From Macrostomum lignano (Eukaryota): 64,000 nt of DNA. Under the pieces are notes generated by a model. It had not been told where the DNA came from and searched no databases. It was given only the letters and a program-made list of their open reading frames with translations. Below are positions 1 to 11,569 of this stretch, in pieces (the first letter of the stretch is position 1; the number at the start of each line of letters is the position of its first letter). The DNA lies in assembly GCA_002269645.1 (NCBI GenBank), contig NIVC01000083.1, forward strand, positions 400,214 through 464,213, given 5' to 3'. The position numbers were made by a program, and so were the translations under genes.

Positions 1-1792
1 GACTCACTGCGGTCAGCATTGTTTAACTCCACCCAATTGAACTGCGCTATCCCGCAGGCCAAGTGTCACATTCTGCGAATGAGCGAGCACTTCACCAAAG
101 TGCAGCAGGAGCGGATGCAGCGCACCGAGCCGAATCGAATGGAGGACCGGCTGTACGTGGAGCAGGACAAAGTCGGCCTGATTGTCGGCGCCAACGGGCA
201 AACGATTCGCTGGGTGCAGCAACTGTCAGACACGCATATCGCCACTCCGCGCAAGCAGGAGTCCTTTCCTGGCCTGCCGCCGCCGCAAACTTATTTCACC
301 ATCTGCGGCGCTACAGACAAGGTGAAGTTTGCTAAACAGCTCATCTGCGAATACGTCACTCTGCGCTGCCAGGGCCTCTGGCTCGATCCCGATCTGGAGC
401 CCTCCGCCGAGGCCTCCAAATTGGTGCGCGATTTTCACCAGCGCCGTCAGGTTGAGGATACTCAGCGCAAGACGACTGTCGGACCGTCGAATGGCGGCGG
501 CGGCGGATCTTCTGCTGCAAATGGACCTGCTGCTTCAGTTAGACCTGCTGCTGGGAGCGGAAGTGAGTACACTAATTGAGTCGTCCAGGCATACATGCGC
601 AACTCCTTGATTAACGCATATTTGGGTAAACGGCAGGAGTTGGTATCATTGTTTTGTTAAGGCTAAATTCCTCGTCATCTAATTAGTACTCCGCCTGTAT
701 TTTTGGATTGGCATTTTCGCGACTTACCTTTGCTGGGTGTTGCCCATGTATGCGATAAGAAAAGATTGTTATTGCTTTTGCTAGGAGGCAGTCCCAGTGT
801 TCATCTTTTGATATGTTGTGCCTTTCTATTAGTGTGTTTTTCGGCGAAAACCAGCCTCCTTAACATTTTCTAAAAACGTAGTTCTCCCGACCTTCTACTT
901 AAGTAGTTCTTGATGGGCAGAATTGCAATCAACAGCTCAGCCGCAGCTATTGCGCGGCGCATCTGAAGGCTGCTTTTGGCTGTTCAGTCCAATGACTGGA
1001 GGGGGGGGGGGTCGCTGGCACCCATTTTACAACTGGGTGAACTGAAGCAATGCAGAGTTAAGTCTCCTGTTGAGACTTAAGTAGGTCGAGAATTGAACCC
1101 CCGACCTTTCTAAACACTAACCGCTAGGCTCCAAATCCTTGCTAATTATTAATAACAAATACAACAATGGGGTTGTAAAGACACTGCTAGGACAATGAAG
1201 GACAGACTGTCATCTGCTATTCCCTCCCGCAGTTGACGCCATCAGCAAGTACGCTGTGTCCTCATCAGCCTTGCCGACTAGCCGAGGGGCTGGCGGCAGC
1301 ATCGGAGGCTTCGGCGACTTTGCCGGCAGCGGCAACGGCGGTGGCGCCTCGGCTGCCAGCGTTCGCCAGCTGATCAACGACATGGAAGACATGTGGAGCC
1401 GTTGCAGCATCTCCGATCAGCAGAACAATAGCACTGCTACTGCTGCTACTACTGGCAATAGTAGTATTAACAATAATGCCCCGATTGTTAATCCGTTGCT
1501 AATGTCGGCCGTTAACGCCAGCGCCTGGTATCCGCCGCCGCCGCAGCAGCAGCCGCCAGCAGCTTCGCTGTACAGCATGAGCGACCGGCGCTATTCGTCC
1601 GCCGATTTAACCAACGCCGCTGCTGACGATGCCGGCTTTGGAGGCTACGGGAATCCGCAGCAGCAGCAGCAGCAGATTCCGCCAATGCCAGTTGGCCCTG
1701 GCTTCCAGCAGCAGCAGCAACTGCCTGCTATGAAGAAATCGGTCAGTGAAGAGCAGGTCTCGCCGCAACTGGTTGGACCCGGCTGGATGTAG
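1..1792 (+). CDS. MEX3: MEX3-like KH-domain RNA-binding protein, 3' part (exons <1-562, 1233-1792); no C-terminal RING visible
   Basis: Frame is open from base 1. AKCHILRMSEHFTKVQQER resembles the end of MEX3 KH1 (AKREILSAAEHFSMIRASR). LYVEQDKVGLIVGANGQTIRWVQQLSDTHIATP..FTICG resembles MEX3 KH2 ([31 protein letters not shown]..FEVTG). Donor GTGAGT at 563 and acceptor cccgcAG at 1231-1232 are phase-1 compatible. Stop TAG 1790-1792; AATAAA 1871-1876. Confidence 0.85.
915..1132 (-). mobile_element. tRNA-derived CORE-type SINE, degenerate copy A (in MEX3 intron)
   Basis: Reverse complement carries a B-box-like GGTTCAATTC and the family core ACTTAACTCTGCATTGCTTCAGTTCACCCAGTTGTAAAATGGGTGCCAG shared with four other copies in the window. 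Confidence 0.8.
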
Positions 1793-4694
1793 AAACACTC
1801 GACGCATCGCTGCAGCTTCATGCTGGCTTCATCCTAACTAAATTTAATGCCATTATTCAGTTGCTCGATTAATAAATATTTTAAGATTATAAAAATAGTG
1901 TTTTATCCAGTTAATGGGATTTTGAAAGATAATTAAGTATTTTTCTATCGTATTTAACTATCGGATCGATTACTAATAATCCAATTTATTTATATAAAAA
2001 AGCATTTCGATTTTTTTATAATCAGTGCAGTGCAAATCCTCTGTATTATTAAATTCTCGCGTGTGCTATTTTTAACTACTAAGATGTACTTTGCTAGTAG
2101 TATATGTTTCCATCTATAATCTATTGTGCGAAGATAGAGAAATATCTCTTCCATTTTGGATTTAACTGCTGCCGGTTTTATATCGATTTAACTAATTATA
2201 ATATAATTATCATAGTAGTAGTAGTAGTGTGTATTATCCCCAGAATTTCAATTGGCTTACCAATTATCTAAGAGATTTAACAGTGCTAATTTTAATCTGC
2301 CTCCCTAATTATTGCTCTCAGTTTTGGCGCGTACTTTTTAACTTACCTTACGTGCAGCTTGCCCGATTGTTTTTAAATCTATTTTATGTATTTGATGTTT
2401 TACTAATCTGTCTCGGTTTTTATTTATTATACCAATTCGTCTCCAAATATAGTTATAATTTACTAGAAAACTACTTAATTATATTCATATTATGAGTTAA
2501 CTTTAATAAATGTACTCAAATTTAGTCTCAGATGTGAAATGCAAACGAGTTTGATTTGGTAGATATTATTATTATTATTATTATTAAGTATGTTGTTTAA
2601 TTTCCAACTCTTCTGTGGATTGAATAGCCTATAAATTATTATGATTATGCATAGTAACTAGTGCTGCTCGTTGGCATATTAAAGAAACATTTCATAGCTT
2701 ATTTTTCTGCAGTTGCACCCCAAATTGATAATTATTCATCAGCCATTTGTCTATGGTGTGTTTTGTATTTTTTTATATATTTTTTCGAATAACCCGATGA
2801 GTATTCTATAAATCTATAATATAATATTCAAAATAAGGCTATGCAAATCTAATATTTATCTACAAATTATTTTCTTTTCTACTAAAATTGCTTGCAGCCA
2901 GAGAATGGTTAATTCATTGGAACAAAGAATGCTTTTAATTTTCACCTTTATTCCGTCATCTAGTTTGATTAAAAGTGCAGTTAGTTTTTTAAATAGAGTA
3001 GACAAACATGTTAGTGTTGCTGCATTCTTTTTTTATTAATGTGTTACAGCTTGATGGAGTAAATGCTTTTTTATGTTTTAGTGCAGATCTCACGTGCAGT
3101 TCAAAACTTATCCAGGTGTGTCATTAACGGATCATATTAACAATTAATTACTGTTTTCTATGCTGTTTCATCGTATTTTTGATAAGAAAAATATTACAAC
3201 TATTTAAAAAAACTTTTCTATAATAAATACTGATTATAACGAGGCTTTTATCGAATGGCGTTCCATCACACCTGCCCTCCACCCCAGGCATTTTGCATGT
3301 TAGCTGTGTCAGCAACTGTCAAAAAACTTTTGATTCAATGCTTCGGATTGCAAATGCACGGCACAGCTATCGCTTATATTTATATTTATAAATCTACTCT
3401 AATAACTATTGTTCTCATATTGATTTGTAATCCGGTCAGGTATTTTTAAATTCCATAAAGTTATTTAATAGAATTAGCATAGTCACATATCTATATCACC
3501 TTATAGTGTTTTAAATCTGTCAGTTTTTTTGAGATGAAAAATGAATTCGAACAATTGAAAGATCTTCGTGTACTTTTGGTTTCCAGTGTTGCTCATAGTT
3601 ATAAGTTTTCAAATCATCCATCGCTTTAATGTTGTGTTAAAAATGAAATTATAACAGTTAGAAAAACTATTTATCCCAGTTATTATATTTCTGTTGTGTT
3701 GCTATCCAATTTTCAGCCCTTATCCGCAGTTTCTGCTCTTCTTAACTTTATAAAGTTCAGTTCGAACTTTGTCGATGTTGCGTTATGTTGCTTCTCATTT
3801 ATCATCATCGATTAACTAAGTTTGTCACCTTTGATTAACAAAATATGAGCTATGTTATTTTTTTACTCAGTTCGAATTCATCAAATAGCAAACTTGGCCA
3901 CCTCTCGAATCTTCGAAAGTCTATTTTTTAAAAGATTTTTGTCGCAAAATAAAATTCAGGATTGAAAAAACTTAACTGTCAAACAAAAAATGCGTGTTGC
4001 TTTTTTGAACTGCCTTTTGTTTACAAGACTTACAACCAATGTGTACAGGTGTGCATGTAATGTACACGTACACGCCCAGCACAGCCCTCCGAAAGAACTC
4101 GGAGCTATGCATATGTACGTATGGTTCTCAGTTTCAGGTTTAGCAGCAATTCAGAGAACTGTTTCTTCCGAACCATGACCTTCAACCAAGCCCTAAAAAG
4201 ATCCCTTAGCTGCATCATTTCCGAGAAAGTGAAACAGCCGAGCGCCGGGCACAGTCGTAATTTTTTTACATTCGATCGCTTTCTGAACTTTATGCTTTGT
4301 GCACTATTAAATCTATGCTGTAGGTTAGGAAGTTGCGTTCCCTAATGAAACTTTTTCGCCGTGAAAGTAAATAATTATAACATCATAACGAATAAATCAT
4401 GGCTGTTGTTTCACACTCCGAACAATTCTAGACCTACAGCCGAGTTTTTCTGTCATAAAAATTAGCTAAAGTACTTTCAATATAGCACAGTCAGCGGCCA
4501 ATGTGTCTAGACAATATTTTAAAGATTTTTCAAAACAATATTAATACTTTATAAGCTGCTGCAACTTGCAAGGGACCGCGAAAATGAGCTCTAAATTTTA
4601 CACAAAGTTCTGAACCAGAACCTGTGTATTCCTCGTGGGGCGCTTAATTATTAATCTCGAAACTTTACACTGCCAAAACAGGGGAACTTTAAAG

Positions 4695-6115
4695 TAGGGG
4701 GCGACCCAGTCCCGGGCCCGGGCCCGAAAAGTCGGGAATCCCGACCAAAATCGTGGCCCGACCCGGGCCCGGGCCCGACCCTAAAAAAGTCGGGAAATCG
4801 GGACAAGTCTTTTTTCCCTAAAGGCACTAACCGCGTGCGAATAAGAATAAAATTATTTTTCAACATATTCACACTAATTTACCTTTAATTCCAGCCCCAG
4901 GAAAATGCAACTGCAACTGCAACTGTCTGTGACCGTGAGTGTCAGCCACAGCAGTTTCCACTTTCCAGGAAGATCGGATTTTTTCCAGGAAGATAAAATT
5001 AAAACAGTTTTGCAATACTTTTTTGCAATATTGATTCCACTTTACACGCTGCAGGCTGCAGCCTAAAAGCAAAAATATGATTCTTTAAAAAGTTGATTTG
5101 TCATTTTTAAGCTTTTGTAAATAACATTTCCTATTTACATTCCAAGAAGTACCTATTAAGGGCCAAGGCAACCATTTTTCCAAGAAGTTTGCTATCTATC
5201 AGTATCAGAGTTTGTAATCGTGTTCATATTTGTATCGTATTCGTAGGTAGTCGTAGTCGTAGACTCATAGTATCGTATTCGTAATCATATTCGTTTAGGT
5301 GGGTAGGTGAGCAGGTAGGCAGGTATCAGCTAATTACTTGTATTTCCATTGTCTGTTTGCCTGTTCTGTTGAGACAGTTGAGTGTTGTGTTGTGTTGTCA
5401 CTTCATTTGTGTTCTGCTCTGTTGTCTTGTCTTGTTGTCTTACTGAATACTGACTGTGTACATGGCTCTTTACATTGAAGCTATGTAAAGGAACTAAAAA
5501 TTCAAATAAAAGAATCAATCAATTGATTTGGTTCTTACTTCCTTACTGCTTCCAATGCCAAGTGCCTTACACTTAATGCTTCAGCTTTTCTTCTTTTTGA
5601 TTACTGCCACTGCCAGTGCCAGCCGCACTGCCGCAGTGCCTGCTTGCCTACCTCACTGCCTGTTAGTGTCATTGTCACTGGCACACACACAGTACTTGTG
5701 CCACACAGGGACATTGAATTTGAACTATTGAGTATATTGATATTTGAGTATTAAGTCTTTTAATGTAACTCTTATCTATTCTGAAGTCGTAACTAATGTA
5801 TTAAATAATAATAATATTTATTATATTTATATATTATTATATATTTAATGTATTTATATATTATAATATATTTGATGTTTATCATATATTTATTATACAT
5901 TTAATATATTATATTAAATTTAAAAATTCATATATTTATTATATATTTAATAGTAATCCGCATATGCTAAAAGTATTAAGATTTATTATGATTTTTTTCC
6001 AATTATTGAGCTGTCCTAAAGATCTTGTCCCGAATTCCCGAGGCCCGACCCGGGCCCGAGTCCTCATTCCCGGGCCCGACCCGGGCCCGACTTTGGCCGT
6101 CCCGGTCGCCCCCTA
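4695..6115. mobile_element. Non-autonomous hAT-type DNA transposon (MITE), 1421 bp
   Basis: Perfect 12-bp TIRs TAGGGGGCGACC (4695-4706) / GGTCGCCCCCTA (6104-6115). Identical 8-bp flanks CTTTAAAG (4687-4694, 6116-6123). Subterminal CCCGGGCCCG/CCCGAC repeats at both ends. No transposase ORF. TAG-starting TIRs with an 8-bp TSD are typical of hAT. Confidence 0.85.
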
Positions 6116-7296
6116 CTTTAAAGACACGAAATTTCACAAAATTGAAGTCTTCTACGAGCTGTCTCTCCAGTGCAATTTGACATTCAAATTTCGGGTTTGT
6201 AAAACGCCCCCCAGCGAAGCGATCGACAGCCTGTTCCAATGGAGTTCGATCGGCTTACAAAATCCTATAGTTTAAAGAACAAAAGACAAAAAATGCAATT
6301 ACCACAAAATAATATTACTTACAGTAGACAGAGCTGATCTGGGCCAACAGGTAGAACGTTAACAATCAAGGATAAAAACATTAAATCCATTGCGCATGTA
6401 GTTTGTTTATTTTTCAAGATTTTAGGTTTGCATTTCATTTCAAGCGTAGAATAACTGTCGGTTAAAACCATTTCGGCAGCACAAAAGTTCTTTAAATTCA
6501 TTAAATTTTACAAAAAAATGATAACAGAGCAACAACAAATTTTAACTGCTACTTATAGTATTATTATATTATATTAGTATCAATATAATAAAGAATGATG
6601 CAATTTGTACAAGTATAAATATAACAATATAATAAGCTAACAATTACCTTTTATGAGGTTTTTATATTTTATCAAACATCATTTTTTGTTCAATCTTATA
6701 GATTTCAGTTTGAGCAGCATTTTACGATTAACTTAGCTTCATTCGAGAAACAAATCAAACCAAACAATCCATTTCAGGTTAGATAACACAGGTGAAAAAA
6801 AGTACACGGCGACAAAATGCTCAGTATAAACTACTTCTAGTACTACACAGAGAATATTTTGCATTTTTACTACAAGTTAGGTATTTTTGAAAACTGACAC
6901 ATCTAAACGGAGATTTATTGCCAAAGTTAAAAGCAAAATACTCAAGACGAACGTAAAACGTGTCTTAAATAAAAATTATCAAGTCAGAATGTTTATTTTC
7001 TGCTCCTTCCCTGCACTACTTTTAGTAAAATAATTAGTTCACTTTTTTAGACAATATAGGTTTATTTCTACTATAAGTAGACTATGACAAGACATTGACA
7101 TCGACAAGATTATATTCTTTCCTACCCTGCACTACTTTAAGTAGAATAAATTAATTTGAAAAGAATTTTTTAGGCTTTTTTCTGTATTGATACCAGAAGT
7201 AGACTACAACGGACATTAAAATTAATTATTGATGGTATTTTTTTGTCTCAACGAACACAGTCACAGTTTCTTCACCACCTAGTTTAATTCAATAGC

Positions 7297-9075
7297 TTAA
7301 TAAACATAATTCTGCGGAGCTTCAGGCGGACAGAAGCGCAGTACGAAAGCGATAAAGCCGCGAATAATTGACTGGCCAATCTGGGGGCAGCTGGGCGACA
7401 GGCAGAATTGTTCGGCGCGAATTCGCAGATCTCTGAACACCGTGCGGTTGTAGGGATTTCGATTCGAACAGTAGCGCAAGATCAGAAACTTGTAGTACAG
7501 GAACGGGGTGACAATGGAGCCATAGCCAGTGAACAGCATGAGAATAACTGCTGGCATTAGGAAGATCTCATTCAGAGCGATTAGGGTCAGGATGGTGCGC
7601 GTGTTGCGGTCGATGTAGCTGGTCAAGCGGAGCACCTGCGGTGGGTTTTTTGAGTTGCGGTAATTAGCACCTGGTTGCCTAGCAACTAAGGATCTGGGAG
7701 GCAGGTGGCCCAGCAACTGAGGATCTGGGAGGCTGGTCCAGAAACTGAGGATCTGGGAGGCTGGTCCAGAAACTGAGGATCTGGGAGGCTGGCCCAGCAA
7801 CTGACACTCTGGGAGGCTGGCCCAGCAGCTGAGGATCTGGGAGGCTGGTCCAGCAACTGAGGATCTGGGAGGCTGGTCCAGCAACTGAGGATCTGGGAGG
7901 CTGGTCCAGAAAGTGACACTCTGGGAGGCTGGCCCAGCAACTGACACTGGGAGGCTGGCCCAGCAACTGAGGATCTGGGAGGCTGGTCCAGAAACTGACA
8001 CTCTGGGAGGCTGGTCCAGAAACTGAGGATCTGGGAGGCTGGCCCAGCAACTGACACTCTGGGAGGCTGGCCCAGCAGCTGAGGATCTGGGAGGCTGGTC
8101 CAGCAACTGAGGATCTGGGAGGCTGGTCCAGCAACTGAGGATCTGGGAGGCTGGTCCAGAAAGAGACACTCTGGGAGGCTGGCCCAGCAACTGACACTGG
8201 GAGGCTGGCCCAGCAACTGAGGATCTGGGAGGCTGGTCCAGAAACTGACACTCTGGGAGGCTGGCCCAGCAACTGAGGATCTGGGAGGCTGGCCCAGCAA
8301 CTGAGGATCTGGGAGGCTGGTCCAGAAACTGACACTCTGGGAGGCTGGCCCAGCAACTGACACTCTGGGAGGCTGGCCCAGCAACCGAAGATCGGTAGCC
8401 AGCAGCCATAACAGTGTAAGTCCGTGGGTTGAGTTGCAGCGAATAACAAAACGTGAGGAGACCTCACAGGCTCACGCCAATATATTTATTGCCAAAGTTA
8501 GGGTGGGTGTAAGCACCCTAAGCACACACACGCCGCAGCGCTAAACCCCAACCCCCAAACCAGCCAGACGTGCGCATTTAAGTGCACGCGCACCAACAAG
8601 CGAGACTACAACAGCAATGAACCCCGGCCCGCACCTGATCAGTCACAGGCAGCTGCTGCCTGGTCACCAGCTGCCTGGTGTACACGGTGGAGTGCAGCAA
8701 AGCGAACAGGAACACAGGGACCAAAGCCAGAGTGACCGGGGCAGGCGCCATAGCAAAGATGAGCACAAACAGCAGGTAGTGAGCATTATCCTCAGCCAGC
8801 AGTCGCCGCATGCCGTCCATATTCATTGTGACGCCGGCCTCCCGAGCTCGGGTGTGCAGCTTCAAAGCGGAGGCGACGCCGTACGCTAACAGGGCCCTGG
8901 TGTGCCAGGCGGGCAGGGAGGTGAACAGGTACAGAACAGTGAACACCAGGGTGCCCAATCGGGCCATGTACATGAGAAAATCGTGGTTGCCGCCTCGACC
9001 AGCTGCTGGCTGCTGCTGCTGTTGCTGCTGCTGATTGCTTTCATCTACATGATCTCCACCTGCTTGTTGAGACAT
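7297..9075 (-). CDS. TMEM33: Transmembrane protein 33 (Pom33/Kr-h2 family), ~259 aa; exons 9075-8635 and 7635-7297
   Basis: Motifs RALLAYGVASALKLH, LLAEDNAHYLLFVLIF, LVPVFLFALLH, IALNEIFLMPA and PFLYYKFLILRYCSNRNPY match TMEM33 (RALLANALTSALRLH, EDSCHYLLYSLIF, NEIFLMPA, RYSSRRNPY). Phase-0 intron 8634-7636 with GT..AG. Confidence 0.95.
7674..7686. promoter_or_regulatory. RFX X-box-like motif GTTGCCTAGCAAC in the TMEM33 intron
   Basis: Matches the X-box consensus GTTGCC-N(0-3)-RGCAAC. Function untested. Confidence 0.4.
7690..8392. repeat. 28-bp minisatellite (GGGAGGCTGGYCCAGMAACTGAGGATCT) with a 250-bp higher-order duplication
   Basis: About 25 units inside the TMEM33 intron. The variant block at 7801 recurs at 8051 (9 units, one 2 bp shorter). 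Confidence 0.95.
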
Positions 9076-9244
9076 CTCTAATTTTGATTTCTTTACTTGT
9101 TTATGGCTGTTCTGTAGGTCAAATTTGAGATTGCAGTCACATGCAAGGAAGTAATAATTGTACTTAATGTTGCGTCTTATGAGCCTCTGACACATACAAG
9201 TTGCAGAAGTCTGCAGAATCTATGGTTGCAGACTATTTAAATTT

Positions 9245-9530
9245 GAGTTAAGCATGTTGCTCAATGACACAAATCGTTCCAAGTGGGCAAAGAATCGAAC
9301 CCCTGACCTTTTAGTTGTAAGTCTGACACTAACCAATAGGCTACAACCCCTAGTTAATTCTCAACTCTTTATTGCTTCAGTTCACCCAGCTGTAAAATGG
9401 GTGCCAGCATTAGCAGGGGTAATTGAGGGTGCATGTGGCAACTGCGCCCCAAACCTTAGACTGAACAGCCATACACAGCCTTCAGATGCATCTCTGCACA
9501 TTAGAGCAGGTGCAATCAATTACTATTATT
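9245..9530. mobile_element. CORE-type SINE copy B with 5' half inverted
   Basis: tRNA-like head and start of core lie on the minus strand (9245-9352). The rest of the core and the tail lie on the plus strand (9363-9530). Confidence 0.75.
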
Positions 9531-10415
9531 TTTATCAAATTCGACAATGGTAGAGAAGCAATCAAATCTAAAGAATCCTAATGATTATAAAAGATAGTAA
9601 CAAATAAAATTGCATTCAGCTTAGAAAAAAACAGGGTGCTATAAACAAAAGTTGATATATCATGGTAAATATTTTAAATTTAACACAAAACCTAGCTTGA
9701 GTTTTTATAGAATCCTAAGCGTAATATATTTGTTTTTTTAATATACAATTTTCTTACAGATAATTGTATTAATAATTAGTTATGGCTATAGAAATTTATG
9801 GCGTCTATAATAATTAGTGTTTAAATACAACTATAATGGCTATAAATATTTTTGTAGAAAAGAAATGTTCTATTGTTTATAACTATGGAAATATGGCTTA
9901 GACTTACTTAGGTCAAAGCTGACTCAACTAGATCTTTTACTAGTCCATGTTATGGCTACATCCCTAATATCATTGCTAGGGGCCTATGCTAATCAAAAAT
10001 CATATATAGGCATATGATAATCATATTTTAAAAGTAACTATCCTCTATAGGAGGTAAACCTTTTTAAATAGCTATTTTCCATTATAAAATAAGCAAGAAA
10101 ATATATTTTGCTTAACAATTTTGAAATTATTGAATAAATACCAAGGGTATCTAAAGTAGACTCTTTAGAAGGTCTTGGTAAATGCCAATAAAAGACAGTC
10201 ATTTTGTATATAGATAGAAAGTTTTGAATTCTATTTAAGGTATCAATAATAAACCTTCAAAATTTATAGTCTTTGCCTGCAGTGCTAAAAATTAAAAAGG
10301 TTGGTTAAACTAACAAAAAAATCTAAATAGGATTAGGGCCTAGTCTGAATATAAAATCATGCTTTTAATACTGTATAAAGTTAGTTGCTTCAGTATTTAG
10401 GACCTACAATTATAT

Positions 10416-10731
10416 TTATCTTTTTTATAGTTTACCTATATCCCTTTTTGCTGCCTTTTTAGTGCCTCTATATTCTATAGCTATGTGAAGTGTGCATCTT
10501 AGCAGTTTATAAGGCCTTTTTTCTAGGATATACCTGTTTTATAGCTAGTTTTCTTTGCATTTTCAATCTTTGCTTTAACAACTTGGCATTATATTTTATA
10601 GCTTTAGCTTTTTGCTTATAGTCCTTACAGTCCTTAAGGGCTTTACAAACTGCTAAGATGCACACTTCACATAGCTATAGAGGCACTAAAAAGGTAGCAA
10701 AATGGGATATAGGAAAACTATAAAAAGATAA
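10416..10731. repeat. Inverted repeat (~100-bp arms, ~110-bp spacer), probable decayed MITE; a third partial arm at ~12026-12072
   Basis: TTATCTTTTT(T)ATAGTTT.CCTATATCCC.TTTTGCT.CCTTTTTAGTGCCTCTATAG...GTGAAGTGTGCATCTTAGCAGTTT occurs on both strands. Confidence 0.75.
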
Positions 10732-10764
10732 TTAGCATGATAAGGCATTTATTTTAGCATTATA

Positions 10765-11569
10765 TGAGGGGTGTTTCAAAAGTAACAAGAATTTTGTTAT
10801 AATTTTTGATTGGATAAATGTATGAACCTGAAATTTTCACCCAACAATTTTACATAAATGAACAACTAAAAGCTTTATATTTTAGGCCTTATATAGTTGC
10901 ACGCAACTGTGTAATTGTAAATGAGAGTCTATGCCTCGAGAGTGAAGATTACAATTTTTGTCTATGGAAAAGACTCAAAAAAGTTTAAAATTTGAAGGCT
11001 TTTAAACTTCTGCTAAATTTGGCTACTTTTCATAAGGGCCCACTCTTTCTGCTTTCTATGGGCAAAGTTTCTTGGGAATAATCTTGCAGTTTTGAGCTGC
11101 ATGGCATTCCTGGTTAAAGTTGCAATTTCTGACTGATGTGGCCACAGAATATTCTATAAAAGTGGCTCAAACTTTTTCCAACTGAGACTATGGATAGTCT
11201 GAAAATGTCGTAAGTTTTTTAGGAGAAGGAAATTAACAAAACTAGTGCATCATTGCGAGAAGGGTATCTAGATGAATGTAACTTTGTAGAGCTTGCTGAA
11301 ATTGCTAAAGAAATAAAAAATTATGCAAGATTTTTGACTTAAAACACATTTAAACTTGGTTACTTTTGCCATAGACAAGAATCAAAATTTAAAATTTGGA
11401 GGCATGATCTTCTATTTACAATTACACAGTTGCATGCAGCAATAAAAGGCTTAAAATAAAGCTATTAGTTGTTCATATGTAAAAAATTGTTGGGTGAAAA
11501 TTTCAGGTTCATACATTTATCCAATCAAAAGTTATAACAAAATTCTCGTTACTTTTGAAACACCCCTCA
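10765..11569. mobile_element. Tc1/mariner-type MITE, 805 bp, ~230-bp TIRs, TA TSD
   Basis: Termini TA|TGAGGGGTGTTTCAAAAGTAAC ... GTTACTTTTGAAACACCCCTCA|TA. Inverted similarity continues ~230 bp inward. The terminus resembles the mariner-type (C)GAGGGGTGTTCAAAAAGT. Confidence 0.85.

Noticed and set aside
2229-4345. Short ORFs in AT-rich DNA downstream of MEX3 (possible RING exon)
   Set aside because: No RING cysteine/histidine pattern, and codon use is unlike the genes.
11000-11345. Transposase ORF inside the mariner-type MITE
   Set aside because: All frames have stops, and no DD34D or YSPDL motif was recognisable.
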